From: Carcharhinus amblyrhynchos
Taxonomy: Eukaryota
Assembly: GCA_965287045.1 (NCBI GenBank)
Contig: OZ336886.1
Location: 25,668,001 to 25,732,000 of the forward strand
DNA: 64,000 bases
Direction of reading: 5' to 3'
The translations under genes and the position numbers were made by a program. This document shows, in pieces, positions 62,520-64,000 of the stretch. Under the pieces are notes generated by a model. That model saw nothing but the letters and a program-made list of their open reading frames with translations, was not told the DNA's origin and did not search any database. Positions within the stretch are counted from its first letter, which is position 1. Every line of letters starts with the position of its first letter.

Positions 62520-63876
62520 TGTTACACTCTAATATAGACCAATAACTTTTTGTTCAAAATAGAGAAATCTCAGTTACCCACTGGAAGAATAAAGCCACAA
62601 GATTCCATGGTTTTAAACAAACAAAATAATCTTTACAAATCTGAAAAGTAAAACAATCTACAATCTCTATCATACTCTAACATTCAGAATAAACATGAGA
62701 TAATCATGGTTAACAGGCAAACCATGGTCAAACCCACACTGCACATTAAATGGCAGATGTAACCAAGACATATCCCATGGTTTTCCTCAGCAGCCCTCCC
62801 ATACATCAGTGATCACTGAGAGTCACAATCTCTCATTCAAACTCTGTTTTCCTTACAAATGAAATTATAGCTTTTTAGAAGCAGTAGAAATTTGCCCAAG
62901 ACATCTGAAATACAGGAGATGCTTTAACAAAACATCAAATCCTCACTTTCAAAGATCTGGCCTCTGAATTTACTCAAAAGCCACTTCAACTTGGACAGCC
63001 TCAAGGACTGCTGAACTCACAATGCTTCATTTTCATCTCTTGAGACACGGATTCAGGAAGCTGCACTCCCACCTCCAATTATCAGTATACCTCAAAGTAT
63101 TTACAGTCCTCTAGATTCACTGGATGTTTTTGAACTTCAGTCTCCCTGCCACTCTGTCAACTCCCCAGGAATTCCCTTGAACCGCATCTGCACAGATCAG
63201 CTCCCAGGGCCTATCTGGGAGCTACAAACCACACAAAGTCCAAATTGCAATTAACAGCCTTACCGAATGTTCCCAGATCTTATCCTGTGCCCTAACAGCC
63301 TAGAGCCTGCTAACAGCAGCACATTTTTAGTGTGGTGCCTCTTCACCTGCTTCAAAATGCTCAGAAAATACACTGATATATTGAAAGCAAAAACCTTATG
63401 TTCCAATCATCTCCAGGGTAATGTAGCATTTCATTGTTGACCGAATGATTTTAAACTAATTTAGCTCCAAGTCCCAAAACAAAACAACTTTTCGGACTGC
63501 ACTTCTTTGCAAGCAGCAGAAACGTCACAGGTGGGATTTTCCGGCCACGCTCGCCCCGAAACTGGAAAATCCTGCCTGAGATCAATGGACCTTTCCATGG
63601 TCCGCCCCTCACTCGCTACGATTCCTGGGGAGAGTGGAATGGCAAAATTTGCCCCCTCATTTCTAGCTCTTCAGCTAAATAAGCACACCTGTTTTAGGAT
63701 CTTACCCTTCTAGCAGTTAATCCCTTAAATCAACATGGCCCCACCTTCTAATTGTAATAGCCTCCAAACTAGTTAGTTGCATTTATCCCATTTTCTGCAA
63801 TTAAATTTTCATCTTGCCAGAACAAAACATTATCTCTAAAATATTAACATGAACGATGATCTAGATATTTGTAACA
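62520..63876 (-). mobile_element. Solo LTR related to the LTRs of the 11855-17242 element
   Basis: TGTTACA...TGTAACA termini; 62595-62820 resembles 16105-16330 (cacaagattcca...ccacactgcaca..aaatg.cagatg). Confidence 0.65.
63531..63657. mobile_element. MITE inserted in the solo LTR
   Basis: Inverted ends gggattttcc and gcaaaatttgcccc; similar to 1594-1730. Confidence 0.55.
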
Positions 63877-64000
63877 AGTCGTGCAATTAGACCTCTTGAT
63901 AGGAGGGCAGTCCTTCACCGCGGTAAAATGCTATAGTGACAGGATAGAGAGGGCACTTCAAACTCTGATATCCCACGCCATTTTACAGACTCATCTGCTT

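Noticed and set aside
1-64000. DOCK1 exons, CRISPR arrays or prokaryotic systems
   Set aside because: No DOCK-like peptide was recognised, there are no regularly spaced repeats, and the sequence is clearly vertebrate.

Overview
Vertebrate genomic DNA, most likely a shark or other cartilaginous fish judging by the repeat families. It is mostly intronic and rich in transposon relics. The only recognisable host gene is INSYN2A (FAM196A) on the + strand: a large first coding exon (48034-49206) and a 72-bp exon (58643-58714). Its last exon was not found in the window. In other vertebrates INSYN2A lies antisense inside a large DOCK1 intron, which would fit the absence of other exons. The most unusual element is a decayed Gmr1/Gypsy-like LTR retroelement (~11855-17242, minus strand). 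Its Gag-protease frame runs directly into an intronless nucleoporin TPR-like coiled-coil where integrase and RT would be expected. Other notable items: Penelope-derived minimal hammerhead ribozyme motifs and hairpins, an ITS1+5.8S rDNA fragment inserted in a Harbinger transposase, a young inverted CR1 pair, a tRNA-Ser(UGA) pseudogene and several nested insertions. All protein and RNA identifications come from reading and recall, without database searches. Repeat boundaries are approximate.
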